A DNA stretch of 64,000 bases. Source: Promethearchaeota archaeon (GTDB lineage Archaea; Asgardarchaeota; Lokiarchaeia; Sigyniarchaeales; SOKP01). Below, one piece after another: positions 10,646-21,176 of the stretch (position 1 is its first letter; each line of letters begins with the position of its first letter). The stretch spans positions 266,991-330,990 of the forward strand of contig JAHPZE010000002.1 of NCBI GenBank assembly GCA_019058365.1, written 5' to 3'. Made by a program: the position numbers and the translations under genes. The notes beneath the pieces are model-generated. The model did not search any database. It was given only the letters and a program-made list of their open reading frames with translations, and was not told the origin of the DNA.

Positions 10646-10975
10646 ATGACTAAAAAGTATAAAAACGAAGGTTTGATGAAATTTTTAACCATCATTGGCG
10701 GTTTAGTAGCTTTAGCAAGTCAAATATTCGCAATCTTTGACTTTCAGTGGATACTAGGACGATACGTAGGATATTATGATCCTGTATATGCAATTATTGG
10801 AATTATTATCTCGGTTATAACAATCTACACCGCAATTAATCCTGATAACCCTTTTCCATTTCACTGGCTATTTCTTTTTGTATTAGGGGTATTAATTATT
10901 ATTTTTGCTGGTGGAGTAATAGCTTGTGCACTACTAATCATTGCAGCTTTAATTGGATTAATTGAAGCTCTATAA
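10646..10975 (+). CDS. Small membrane protein
   Basis: Three to four hydrophobic segments. Confidence 0.6.
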   Translation: MTKKYKNEGLMKFLTIIGGLVALASQIFAIFDFQWILGRYVGYYDPVYAIIGIIISVITIYTAINPDNPFPFHWLFLFVLGVLIIIFAGGVIACALLIIAALIGLIEAL

Positions 10976-11041
10976 GTAGAAATATAAGAAATTAAAATCA
11001 AACAAATATTAATTTTTTTCTTTTTGTTTTATATATTACCT

Positions 11042-11914
11042 TCAAATACTAGCACTTTTTAGAAAATAATTAATTATTTCCTCCGCAATATTGAAATCTG
11101 TAACCTTTTGTAATGCTGTAAATCCGGGAATTGAATTTACCTCCAATACGGTAAGACCATTTTCGCTCTCTATTATGTCAACACCTGCAATTTCGGTTTT
11201 AGTTATTTTTGCTGACTTTATAGCAAGATTTTTCATTTCATTAGTTAATTCTATAGGTTCGGCTCTCGCTCCAGTGTAGATATTTGTTTTCCAACTATCA
11301 CTTACCCTATACATTCCAGTAATAACTTTATCTCCCAATACTAAAATTCTAATATCTCGATTGTGATGTTCAACAAATTCTTGTAAGTAGAAAACTTGAT
11401 TTATCTGGCCAAGAGAAAAAATAATATTTTCCGCAAATGCTTTATCATTCAATCTAGTTATTCCAATTCCTTTTGAACCATATAAAGGTTTTAAAACACA
11501 ATCTCCTCCTAATTCATCAAAGGCTTCCAAAGCTTTATGAGGATCTTCGCAAACTACTGTTTTTGGAGTAGGAATATCGTGATTTTCCAAAAAAACTGAT
11601 GTTAAAAATTTATCGCTTGCGATTTCTAATGATTCTCTTGAATTAATTAATTTTATATCATATTCTTCTAATGATCTTAAAATATCAAGCCTAAAAAATA
11701 TTTTTTGAGTATCTGCGGCACCAAATCCCCTTACAAGAGCAGCTTTAGGTTCAAGGCATTCAAATTGTTTGTAAAAATCACGCTGGAAACCAATCCCTAC
11801 TTTTATCGTTGATGGAATAAAATAATGAACATTAAAGCCTCGCTTTTCTAATTCAACGGAGAGGATTTGGACTTCTGAGTCTTGTGAATTTGGAGTTATA
11901 ATCATTGATTCCAT
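11042..11914 (-). CDS. RimK-family ATP-grasp glutamate ligase (MptN/CofF-like)
   Basis: DKFLT, KPLYGSKG, QEF, DIR, WKTN, GVD, EVNSIPG. Confidence 0.85.
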   Translation of the reverse strand: MESMIITPNSQDSEVQILSVELEKRGFNVHYFIPSTIKVGIGFQRDFYKQFECLEPKAALVRGFGAADTQKIFFRLDILRSLEEYDIKLINSRESLEIASDKFLTSVFLENHDIPTPKTVVCEDPHKALEAFDELGGDCVLKPLYGSKGIGITRLNDKAFAENIIFSLGQINQVFYLQEFVEHHNRDIRILVLGDKVITGMYRVSDSWKTNIYTGARAEPIELTNEMKNLAIKSAKITKTEIAGVDIIESENGLTVLEVNSIPGFTALQKVTDFNIAEEIINYFLKSASI

Positions 11915-11995
11915 ATCAATATCACTTTAAAATAAATTACTTAATTAATCTATAGCACTAATTTTTAAATAAATTTAAGTTCTTATAAATTATAT

Positions 11996-12622
11996 ATGAA
12001 ATCAATGGATCCTAAAGACGGTGAAAATGAAATTGAGAAATTATTACAGATACTTAGTAAAGTTCAAAATATCTACTATAAAAAAAAAGAGCAACTCGAA
12101 GAGTTGCAATCAGAGATTAGTGAATTAAGAGAAGTATTAAATTTCTTAAATTCTCTCATATCAGGAAAATCATTTCACAGCGCAGACGAGATTTACTCAA
12201 AATCATTTATTAAAAAAGTGGATGGACCAATTGAAGAACAATACTTCGTAGAAGATATCTCAAAAGAAAGAGTTGAGGGAACAAATATCAAAAGAAAGAT
12301 TTTTTCTAAAAATAAGAATAATGATGAAGAATTATTATGTATCTTGAACTTTTATGATTTGAATCGGGTTGTAATAAAAATTGTTGAACCAGAAAAGCTG
12401 TCCATAAAAGAATCTTCTGAAGAATTTATCCGTATCTTCATTAAAGGAGCACTTGTAGAAATAATAGAGAATAATCCTAATATGAGCTTGAAATATGATT
12501 ATTATAAAAGTTCGGATGTAATTAAACATATTAATATTACTAATTTGAAATCAATAAAAGAATATGATATAATTACTTCAAAAATGAGAGAGCTTTTAAG
12601 CCAAAGAGCTTGGAAAGGATAA
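11996..12622 (+). CDS. Hypothetical protein with N-terminal coiled coil
   Basis: 208-aa ORF. Confidence 0.6.
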   Translation: MKSMDPKDGENEIEKLLQILSKVQNIYYKKKEQLEELQSEISELREVLNFLNSLISGKSFHSADEIYSKSFIKKVDGPIEEQYFVEDISKERVEGTNIKRKIFSKNKNNDEELLCILNFYDLNRVVIKIVEPEKLSIKESSEEFIRIFIKGALVEIIENNPNMSLKYDYYKSSDVIKHINITNLKSIKEYDIITSKMRELLSQRAWKG

Positions 12623-12801
12623 AAAAATATAATTTTGCTCTTTTAATTATCAAGTTATTCAAAAGAACTCATTCAAAATGGTTGATTTTATATACAAAAT
12701 ATTATATTGAGATAATATATTGTTTAATTAGAATAGGAAAAATTAATTATGCAGTAATTCTTATTTAAGTTAACCAAATTACCATATGGAAAGTATTCAC
12801 A

Positions 12802-13614
12802 ATGGCAAAGAAAAAATCTTGGTTACAAATGCCAAAAGTCCATTCGAAATTTCATGATGAAAAACTCGAAAGTGTATTAATTGAAAAAGCTTTAGAGTTT
12901 TTAACTGGTGAAAATGTTGATGCCCCTTCTTTTTTATTCCTTTCAGGAGCTTTTTTTGATGTGAAATCATTCGCTTATTCCGGATTAAGAGCTTGGAAAG
13001 GTATTGTAAAACCATCAGAAGATAATGGTGGTAGAAGACCTGTATTGGAAGCCACTTTTGCTTCTTTATCTGTGTATTTAAGTTCTTTATTAGCGCTTCA
13101 AGCTGATTTTTATTTCGCGTATGATGAAATTAAGGATATTTTATTGGAAAAGAAAAGAGAGGATCTCTGGACGATTGTTTCAGAAAAGTTGCCATTTATC
13201 TCAATCCCTCCAAAAGAAATGTATGGGACTCAAGTATCTCCTATATCTCCTTATTTTGTTATTAAACAAGACGAAGAATTAACGTTAGGAGAAATATATC
13301 CATCTGCGTATTTATCTCAAATTATAAAGAATATTAAAACAAGATTTTTTATCTTTTTTCAATACCAAGGATACTCCGCTTTTGGATTTTTTAATGCACT
13401 ACCCGAACTATCTAAATTTGGGTTTGAAGAGCACGCGAATGATTTTAATGGGGATCCAACCGCAGAAAATTTAATCAAATACGCAAAAAATGCAAAGAAT
13501 GTTAAAGAAATATTAATTGCACTTATTCATGCCTATAATAACGCTTTGCTTGAACAATTTTTAATACCCGATTATGAATTATTATTAAATAAATTACTGG
13601 AGGGAGAAGCGTAG
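12802..13614 (+). CDS. Hypothetical protein coupled to the small GTPase
   Basis: 270-aa ORF whose stop abuts the GTPase start. Confidence 0.65.
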   Translation: MAKKKSWLQMPKVHSKFHDEKLESVLIEKALEFLTGENVDAPSFLFLSGAFFDVKSFAYSGLRAWKGIVKPSEDNGGRRPVLEATFASLSVYLSSLLALQADFYFAYDEIKDILLEKKREDLWTIVSEKLPFISIPPKEMYGTQVSPISPYFVIKQDEELTLGEIYPSAYLSQIIKNIKTRFFIFFQYQGYSAFGFFNALPELSKFGFEEHANDFNGDPTAENLIKYAKNAKNVKEILIALIHAYNNALLEQFLIPDYELLLNKLLEGEA

Positions 13615-14250
13615 TTGGTTAATATCGGTTTATTAGGAGATGTGTCCGTTGGAAAAACGAGCATCCTTCGTTTATTTGTGCGATATTTAAAGAAAGGGGA
13701 TATTGAAAAGGTAAAAGGTGGATTAAAATGTTCTGTGGTTAAAGCGGATTTTTCTGGAGAAGCTACAGTCCCAGGAGGAGAAAAAGAGGATGCTCTTAAT
13801 GAAAAAGAGACAAAAACTATTCACCCTAACCGAATTGTGTTTCGGGAAGACGCAACAAATAAAGCACATACGATTTTCGCCCCTGGTGGCGACCGAGCCC
13901 GTGCTGTAGTTAAAATGGGCATTATAACAATTTCAAGAATTGCAACCCAAATAATAGCTGTTTTTTCTCTTGATAGAGAACTGGCTCCTCAATTTGAATT
14001 TTTTAATGATGTTAGGTTTTTTCCAGATAAAATATATGTTTGTATAAATAAAATTGATTTAGTTGAAGGAAACAAAGAGAAAAAACTTAATGAGGTAAAA
14101 ACGCAGATTATTGATTTTTTTAAAACGCGAAAAATAGCGATTAATGACACATTTATAACCTGTGGTGAAACCATAGAAGGATTTGCAGATGTTGAAACGT
14201 ATAATAATCAAGTCGCAGAAATGATTCTAGAAATTACTACTAAACATTAA
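13615..14250 (+). CDS. Small Ras-superfamily-like GTPase, atypical G3
   Basis: G1 GDVSVGKT and G4 NKID; G3 position reads FAPGG. Confidence 0.75.
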   Translation: MVNIGLLGDVSVGKTSILRLFVRYLKKGDIEKVKGGLKCSVVKADFSGEATVPGGEKEDALNEKETKTIHPNRIVFREDATNKAHTIFAPGGDRARAVVKMGIITISRIATQIIAVFSLDRELAPQFEFFNDVRFFPDKIYVCINKIDLVEGNKEKKLNEVKTQIIDFFKTRKIAINDTFITCGETIEGFADVETYNNQVAEMILEITTKH

Positions 14251-14294
14251 TATTTTTTCAATTTTGAAGTTTAAAAATTAAGTATGCTCTCATT

Positions 14295-14810
14295 TTAATT
14301 TTTCAATTTTAACGCAATTTTTAAAAATAACTTTTCTAAATCTAGTAAATATCCAATTAAAGGAGTTAAACTTACTTTATTCAAATTCTTTTCAAACAAT
14401 ACAAATCCCATTTTTTTTAATTCTTTTATATCTTCTATTACCCCTTTTTTTTTACGAAGTTCTATTATTTTTTGAATTGTAGTTTCCCCAGAACTACTAA
14501 AACAACATATTAAGGTGCAAAATAAGGTTGCAGCTAATCTAGGGTTTCCCTCAAATGGATTTGCCGAGATAATTTCAGTTGTTTCCGGATCAAAAGATAT
14601 ATACCAGTAAGAATTCAGAGGATTAAATCTTACTTGAAGACCTAAAGGTTCAAGATAATTAGATGCGTTATTAATTAAGTTCTGAAAATAAATCGATTTA
14701 TTCTTATCTTTAACACTCAACGCGTTAAGAATTTCTTTTTTTGTCGAACCTATTATTGATATATTTTCCTTTTTGCTTAATAAATGTATTAAAACACTTA
14801 ATTCATTCAC
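14295..14810 (-). CDS. KITE-like (ScpB/Nse1/Nse3) tandem winged-helix SMC subunit
   Basis: Last gene of the SMC operon; NASNYLEPLGLQVRF...YWYI and a second wH ending KMGFV...SLTP. Confidence 0.6.
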   Translation of the reverse strand: MNELSVLIHLLSKKENISIIGSTKKEILNALSVKDKNKSIYFQNLINNASNYLEPLGLQVRFNPLNSYWYISFDPETTEIISANPFEGNPRLAATLFCTLICCFSSSGETTIQKIIELRKKKGVIEDIKELKKMGFVLFEKNLNKVSLTPLIGYLLDLEKLFLKIALKLKN

Positions 14811-14826
14811 TTTTCATTCATCTCTT

Positions 14827-15474
14827 TTATAAATACAAAAAATTCGTTTCTTTTTGATATTTTAATTTCCCTATCTGGAGTAGATGTAAAAGATATACAA
14901 AATATTCAAAAATTTTTATTTGATCATCTTCATCGCTAAAGATCTCATCATATGAACACGGTAACTTGTTTTTAATAGAATCAAAAAAAGCAATCATTTT
15001 CTCAGTGAATTTTTTATTAGGTATTTCTAATAAGAAATTTCCTTTTGAATCTATCTTATCAATTGGTTCAATTGTAAAAGGTTCTCCTTTCTTAGCTACT
15101 AAGCGATCTTTAGAATATTCAAGAAATTCCAAGGAAAGCATATTAATAATAAAAGGTTCTCTCCAGCAGTCCCTAAATAATTTAAATATTTCTGTATCTT
15201 TTGGATTTGTTCTTAAAAAGGTTATAAATTTATCTTTGTTATCTAAATAGTTTAGGAAAATTTTTAATTCTTCAAATTTTTGACTGAGTAGTTGAAATGC
15301 ACTCATATATGTTATTGAATATTCATTAATGTTATAGATATTAAGAGAATCCTTCAAATTCTCAAAAATTGGTACTAATTCAATATCCAAAAGTGAAATT
15401 TCTCCTGAAAGAACTCTTGTTTTAATATCTTCAATTTTCTTATTTATCTCTTCAGAAAAATCTTGATAATCCAT
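14827..15474 (-). CDS. Kleisin (ScpA/Nse4-like)
   Basis: N-terminal GEISLLDIEL; C-terminal winged helix FVYLLHLLQIGKLKYQK; follows SMC. Confidence 0.7.
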   Translation of the reverse strand: MDYQDFSEEINKKIEDIKTRVLSGEISLLDIELVPIFENLKDSLNIYNINEYSITYMSAFQLLSQKFEELKIFLNYLDNKDKFITFLRTNPKDTEIFKLFRDCWREPFIINMLSLEFLEYSKDRLVAKKGEPFTIEPIDKIDSKGNFLLEIPNKKFTEKMIAFFDSIKNKLPCSYDEIFSDEDDQIKIFEYFVYLLHLLQIGKLKYQKETNFLYL

Positions 15475-15487
15475 TTTTAATCATAAT

Positions 15488-18400
15488 TTATTTTTTTTTG
15501 ATGATTTTTGGTTTAAATACAGAAGAAATTTCATTCTTTCCTACTCTGGCAATTCCAATTAATTTTTCAGCAAGTAAGAATAATGAATTTGACGATTTGG
15601 GCAAGAACATAAATAATTGTATTGGATTTTGTTCCAACGTTGCCTTTATTAGTTGATATGCTACTTCAGAGTTCTTTTCATCTAAAAACATACCTGGTTC
15701 ATCAAGTAAACACAGCGGAGAAGGTTTAATTTCTTGAAGGGATAAAATTAAACAAATTGATATTAAAGAAACTTGACCGCCACTAAGAGCAGTAAATGAT
15801 TTTAATTGGTCCTTTGAAGTAGCTGCTTTAATATTAACACCTAACTCTTCAAAATTTCCCGTCAACTCTAAAGAACAATAAGATTTTACCTGAGAATCTT
15901 GGAATTTTTTATTAACTCTCTTTTGTAGATTTTCAAGTAAACCACTGAATTTTTCATAATATGTTTTTTCCATCTTATTTTCTGTTTTAATCGCTGATTT
16001 AACGTCATTTTCAAGCGCTTTTTGATTTTTCGAGATTTGCTTAAGAGATGCTAATATCTGATCTTTTTCAATTAGAATTGAATCATCAACATCTAAATAT
16101 TTGAGTAATTCTTTATCTATACCAGAGATATCCCCTTTGATATCTTCTATGGGGCGAATCATGATTATTTCTTTTAAAATTAAAGGACTTATTTCAGAGT
16201 TAATTCTCTCTAAATCACTTTTTTTTGAATATAGATCTTGATTATAGGAATTTAATTTGATATTTTCTTGTTCAAAAGTTAATGTTATTTGAATAGATTT
16301 CCTCTCTAATTCACTTTTTTTGTTTTGTATTAATAAAATTTCACTTTTTAAATTTGAAATCTTTTTTTTAGTTATTTCAAGTTCTTCTTCAATATTTTCT
16401 AATTGCCGATATGTGTTGAATGCTGTAGTGTCTGCTTTTTGAAAAGCTTCTTTCTTTGTTTCATACTCTTTTTGAATTAAGTTCTTTCCTAATATTTGTT
16501 TATTTAGATTATCTTTCACTTCTTCTATGATGTCTGAATTCTCACTTAATTTCAAATCCCATTTTTTCTTATCTTCATTAAGTAAAGCTAATTCTTTAGG
16601 AATTTCTTTTATTCTGTCATTCCATTTAAAAAATTCTGGATCAGTTTGAGATTTTAGATCTTGAATTTGCTGATCAAATTCTTTAATTTCATCTTTAAGA
16701 AACTGATTAGTCTTTTCCAACTCATGCATTTGATCGTATAATTGGTTTTTTTTTGATGTAATTCTTTGTTTTTGGTTAAAATTGTATAGAAGATCGTTAA
16801 AAGATTCCTTCTTTTTAAAGATATCTTGCTGAATTGTATCTATTTTAGCCTGTTCAACCTTCAATTCTGAAATGTTATTATTTAAAGATTTTACATCAGA
16901 CTCTAGAACCTCAGACTGTTCTCTTTGTGTACCAGCACTTAATAATCCCTTTAATCTTTTTAAGTAAGGGGTTTCATATACATATTTATAAGATATTATT
17001 TGTTCTCCTTTTAGTGTAACACACTTTCCTTTGAAATTAAGAGAATTATAAATTTCTCTCCCAGAATGATAATCTTTTACAACAAGGCAATTTTTTACCT
17101 TTGAGTAAATAACTTTCTTAATATCAATATCATCATCGATAATTTTAATTAATTCTGCTAAATAACCTAGCACACCATTAGCCGAAATTTTCATCATAAG
17201 CCTTATATCTATATTTTTGGGTAGATAGATATTGCAATATGCACCAAATTTTTCTTTTAATCTCTTTAACAAGTTTAAAGTATCCCAATCTTCAGCAACA
17301 AAACTATAGAGTAATTTTTCACCAAGAACAGATTCAATTGCGTAACTTAACTCATCTTCATATTTTAAATAATCAATTATTGGACCCTTTACTTTTAATC
17401 CTCTTTTTTTTATCTCATCTTTAAGAATGGTTATATTTGATGGAAGAATTACTCTCCGTTCTCTAAGTGAAGCCTGCAAAATTTGTAGCTTTTTTAATTT
17501 TTTTGATTTCTCTAATGTTAAATGATTCATTTCAGAATCAATTTCATATATTCTTAATGATGCCCTTTTTAGTTCTTCATCAAGCTGAATCAATAGATTT
17601 TTTGTAGGATTACCTAAAAACCATTTATTTTTTTCTAATTTATGTTCAATATCTTTAAAACTTTGAAAAAGTTGATTAATTTCATTATTAGATGCTTGTA
17701 TTGATTTCTCATTCTCTTGAATTCTAACTAATCGCTCTTTTTTTTCAATATTTATATGATTGTAATTATCCAAAAGGACTTTATTTTGTGCTATTTTTTT
17801 TATTAACTGATTTTGTTCTATTATTAAGTTATCAATTTTTAAACCAGAATTTTTACTTTCTCTTCTTACTATTTTAATTTCATTTTCTAAGCTTTCTAGC
17901 TGTTTCTTAAAATTAGTGATAACCCTTGTAAGCTCGTTAATTTTTCCTGATAACTCATCTAACTCTTGTTTTGCTAAAATTTTATCTTTTTGCCAATTTT
18001 GGATTTTTGTAATTAATTCTTGCTTTTTATAAATTAATTCTCCCACTTTTTCAGATAGCTTATTTATGTTTTGTTCCTGTTTTGAAATTTTATTAGATAA
18101 AAGTTCTATTTCTTTATCTGAAAGGTCTTTCTTTTTTCTAATACTTTCTATGACAGATACGACATTTTTAATCATCTCTTCAATATTGATAATATCCTTT
18201 TCTAATTTGTCTTTATTTGCCCATAAAAGTTCGTCATTGAATTTATTTCTAATTTCTAATAACTCATTTTTTAGTTGTAAGCGTTCTAATTTTGGATTTA
18301 ATAGCTCCAAGCTTATATTCAATGTGTTCTTTCTACTTTTTAATGATTGAAGGTCTTTATTCAAATTTAAAACGTTACTCTTCTGGTGTAATAATTCTTC

Positions 18401-18955
18401 TCTCAGATCTTTTAATCCAATTCCCTCCTCTAGAAACGAACATAATTCTGTTGGTTTCAAATTTTTAATTGCATCAATTTTTCCTTGACTTACAAAAGCA
18501 AAGTGATTATCTGGATTAATTTTAAAATCAGAAATTAATTTTTGAATTTCTTGGACTGGAACTTTTTTAAATTCTCTATCTTCCTTTCTCTGAATTTTGA
18601 AGAAAGGAGATTGTCCCCTAATTACATATCTTCTTATTTTAATTACTTTTTCGTCAATTTGAATATGAATTTCAACCATAGCATGATTTTGTCCATTCCT
18701 AATAAAGTTTGACCATTTCTTATATCGTTCATCTCTTTCATTACTACCCAAAGCAAATTTAATTGCTTGAAATATTGAGGTTTTTCCACTCCAATTTGGT
18801 CCTACTATAATCACAAATTTAGATTTACCAAAATCCACTTCATCTTTCTGGAAAGATAAAAAATTTTCTAAAATGATTTTTCTAATAAAAATCCTTGAAT
18901 TTTCTGTTAGAAATATTTCCTTTTTCTTCAAGTTAGAGTCTAATCGAGAAGCCAT
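15488..18955 (-). CDS. smc: SMC-family ATPase, Smc5/6-like
   Basis: Walker A GPNWSGKT, Q-loop FVSQGK, coiled coils, hinge (VKGPIIDY), LSGGQ, LLDE. Confidence 0.9.
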   Translation of the reverse strand: MASRLDSNLKKKEIFLTENSRIFIRKIILENFLSFQKDEVDFGKSKFVIIVGPNWSGKTSIFQAIKFALGSNERDERYKKWSNFIRNGQNHAMVEIHIQIDEKVIKIRRYVIRGQSPFFKIQRKEDREFKKVPVQEIQKLISDFKINPDNHFAFVSQGKIDAIKNLKPTELCSFLEEGIGLKDLREELLHQKSNVLNLNKDLQSLKSRKNTLNISLELLNPKLERLQLKNELLEIRNKFNDELLWANKDKLEKDIINIEEMIKNVVSVIESIRKKKDLSDKEIELLSNKISKQEQNINKLSEKVGELIYKKQELITKIQNWQKDKILAKQELDELSGKINELTRVITNFKKQLESLENEIKIVRRESKNSGLKIDNLIIEQNQLIKKIAQNKVLLDNYNHINIEKKERLVRIQENEKSIQASNNEINQLFQSFKDIEHKLEKNKWFLGNPTKNLLIQLDEELKRASLRIYEIDSEMNHLTLEKSKKLKKLQILQASLRERRVILPSNITILKDEIKKRGLKVKGPIIDYLKYEDELSYAIESVLGEKLLYSFVAEDWDTLNLLKRLKEKFGAYCNIYLPKNIDIRLMMKISANGVLGYLAELIKIIDDDIDIKKVIYSKVKNCLVVKDYHSGREIYNSLNFKGKCVTLKGEQIISYKYVYETPYLKRLKGLLSAGTQREQSEVLESDVKSLNNNISELKVEQAKIDTIQQDIFKKKESFNDLLYNFNQKQRITSKKNQLYDQMHELEKTNQFLKDEIKEFDQQIQDLKSQTDPEFFKWNDRIKEIPKELALLNEDKKKWDLKLSENSDIIEEVKDNLNKQILGKNLIQKEYETKKEAFQKADTTAFNTYRQLENIEEELEITKKKISNLKSEILLIQNKKSELERKSIQITLTFEQENIKLNSYNQDLYSKKSDLERINSEISPLILKEIIMIRPIEDIKGDISGIDKELLKYLDVDDSILIEKDQILASLKQISKNQKALENDVKSAIKTENKMEKTYYEKFSGLLENLQKRVNKKFQDSQVKSYCSLELTGNFEELGVNIKAATSKDQLKSFTALSGGQVSLISICLILSLQEIKPSPLCLLDEPGMFLDEKNSEVAYQLIKATLEQNPIQLFMFLPKSSNSLFLLAEKLIGIARVGKNEISSVFKPKIIKKK

Positions 18956-18976
18956 TTTTACCTCATTTAATATTAT

Positions 18977-20227
18977 TTATCTTCCAAAAGCTTGCTTTAT
19001 TAGATCTACTCGCTTCTTAGCTTTTTCTAAATTAATCTGGGCTCTATTCGGAGAATCGTTTAAGATAAATGGATACTTTGCTAACATCTTCATATCATTA
19101 TCTTCCAATGGCTCTTTTTTACTTAATTTATCAATAATAAGTATAAGTTCAGAATAGTTCTTAGAAGCAGCATTTTCATATAATTGATTTAACATAAATT
19201 CTGAAATGCCAGACTCCCGAATTCCATTAACAATATTATTAACATCCTCCGAGTTTTCAATTTTATTAACTTTTTGAATTGGGAATATTTCTCTGTCTCG
19301 ATGGGATTCTGTATTTAGTTCTAAATTTGAATTTTTTTCTGAAATAAGCGGAATAGAATAAGGTATATATTCACCAGATTCAATTAAATCAATTAAAATG
19401 TCCGTTATTTCATTACTAGTCTCATTTAATTCCGAATTTAAAAAATGTTTGAATATTCCAACTTTCAATAATTGTTTAATGTCTTCTACTTCCCAATTTT
19501 CTGTGTAATTTACAATATCAGTTATATCAAACACGATCTTAGGATTTATTTCTAAAAAATCTTTTAAAACAGTTTCCCTCTCTATTTTATTTAGTAAAGG
19601 GACTTTTATAAAAAGATCAAATATATCATATAATTTGTTCGATATATTGTTAACTTCTTGAATATCATAATTTAACCATACTAGAATAATATTAGATTCA
19701 ATAAAATTAAAATCAAATCCCTTATCTTGCCAAGCATTTAAAAAAACCTCTAATAAGTTTTTATCATCAAACTTCTGCTTTAGAATTGGATGTTGATTAA
19801 TTAGTAATAATCTTTTTTCCTCAATTTTATCTGGATCTCTACCATTTGCTCCAGTTTCATTTTCATTTTCTAATTTTTTACCAAAACCATTAAATATGGA
19901 AATAAAGCTTTTTAAAAATTTATTTGGAGCATTAGTGATTTCGATATCATTAAATTCAATTAAATTTAAGTAATAATTTTTAGATATTAATTTGATATAA
20001 TCTAAAATATCTGTTCCGGGATTAACATTAATTAAAACAGCTCCTTTGGGTGTTAGATAACCATTTAAAAGATTATCATGATGATTAGTTAATATTACTT
20101 TTAGATAATTTATAATATCATTATATTTATCCCGATAGAAAATATCCTCTTTATTAATCTTAATTTCTGAAGGTTTAATCATCTGAAAAAATCCTAAAAA
20201 ATCCGGATTATCGTTTAAATCTTTCAT
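18977..20227 (-). CDS. Inactivated AAA+ ATPase-like protein
   Basis: PKGAVLINVNPGTDIL at the Walker A position; FDLFIKVPLL...RETVL resembles the AAA lid. Confidence 0.55.
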   Translation of the reverse strand: MKDLNDNPDFLGFFQMIKPSEIKINKEDIFYRDKYNDIINYLKVILTNHHDNLLNGYLTPKGAVLINVNPGTDILDYIKLISKNYYLNLIEFNDIEITNAPNKFLKSFISIFNGFGKKLENENETGANGRDPDKIEEKRLLLINQHPILKQKFDDKNLLEVFLNAWQDKGFDFNFIESNIILVWLNYDIQEVNNISNKLYDIFDLFIKVPLLNKIERETVLKDFLEINPKIVFDITDIVNYTENWEVEDIKQLLKVGIFKHFLNSELNETSNEITDILIDLIESGEYIPYSIPLISEKNSNLELNTESHRDREIFPIQKVNKIENSEDVNNIVNGIRESGISEFMLNQLYENAASKNYSELILIIDKLSKKEPLEDNDMKMLAKYPFILNDSPNRAQINLEKAKKRVDLIKQAFGR

Positions 20228-20497
20228 TGAAAATTTTCCTTTATTTCTTTTGTAATTTTATGAACATTATTTACATGACATTTAACACATTTATATTTAG
20301 CGATACTCCTAGTTAGCGATAACTAGATCCCCGACAAAAATCGTAAAATTTATAAAATCGTTTTTTGGAAGAGGAACTTTAATAAAAAATTTGAGAACAA
20401 TTTTTAATACAGATATAGGGACTAAAAAGCAAAAAGTTAAAGCGATTAAAAATTCAACGAACCTTCTATCGAATTTTGATGATTTATAAAAAAAATA

Positions 20498-20947
20498 TTA
20501 AATCCTACTTAAAATAAATCTTGGTAATTTACCTTCATTCACAAGAATTTTTATCAAATTAGGCACACTATTCCATTGTTGAATAGAGAGGTTATATTCT
20601 TCTTCTGTAATATCTTTAAATTGTGCAGCACGATAAGTTAGCATTACTAAAGGAGTTGTCATAAGATGCTTTACTTTATTACAGGGGAAATCATCACATT
20701 GTGCACAACTTTCTAAACCCTTATCTCGTGCACAAGGTCGAGCTTTGCAATTCTTATCAGCAATTTTATCTCCTTTACTCTTGCATCCCTCACAAACAAC
20801 ATTCTCTGCTGTATAATTTTCATGACCTAGATATTTTCTCCATGTATCAACCATTTTTTGTCGAATATAAACATCATCTGATCGAGCTGCACATAAATAA
20901 CAATTATAACCACAATAACCAATCATGTTATCATCAGGCTTTATCAA
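20498..20947 (-). CDS. DUF3795 cysteine-rich protein
   Basis: CGYNCYLC, CEGC, C..RPC, CAQC..FPC. Confidence 0.8.
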   Translation of the reverse strand: MIKPDDNMIGYCGYNCYLCAARSDDVYIRQKMVDTWRKYLGHENYTAENVVCEGCKSKGDKIADKNCKARPCARDKGLESCAQCDDFPCNKVKHLMTTPLVMLTYRAAQFKDITEEEYNLSIQQWNSVPNLIKILVNEGKLPRFILSRI

Positions 20948-21176
20948 AACTTAACACCTCATATATATGAATTAATCCTATTTTTTATACATAATCTCCT
21001 TGAGTGAGTAATGTGTCTATATTAAATCAAATCATAATATTATGGCAATTTTCATAAAAATTTTGTTAGAAAAAGAGGGAGAAACTTTTAGAAATCTTAT
21101 TTTTTAAATAACTTTCACAAACAAACATAACTATTTTATTCGGAGCTCTACTTCATTGGAAATTCTACTAGTAATT

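Noticed and set aside
14295-18955. SMC operon as a Wadjet (JetABCD) or MukBEF system
   Set aside because: No JetD/Toprim nuclease, and gene order and motifs fit Smc5/6-like better.
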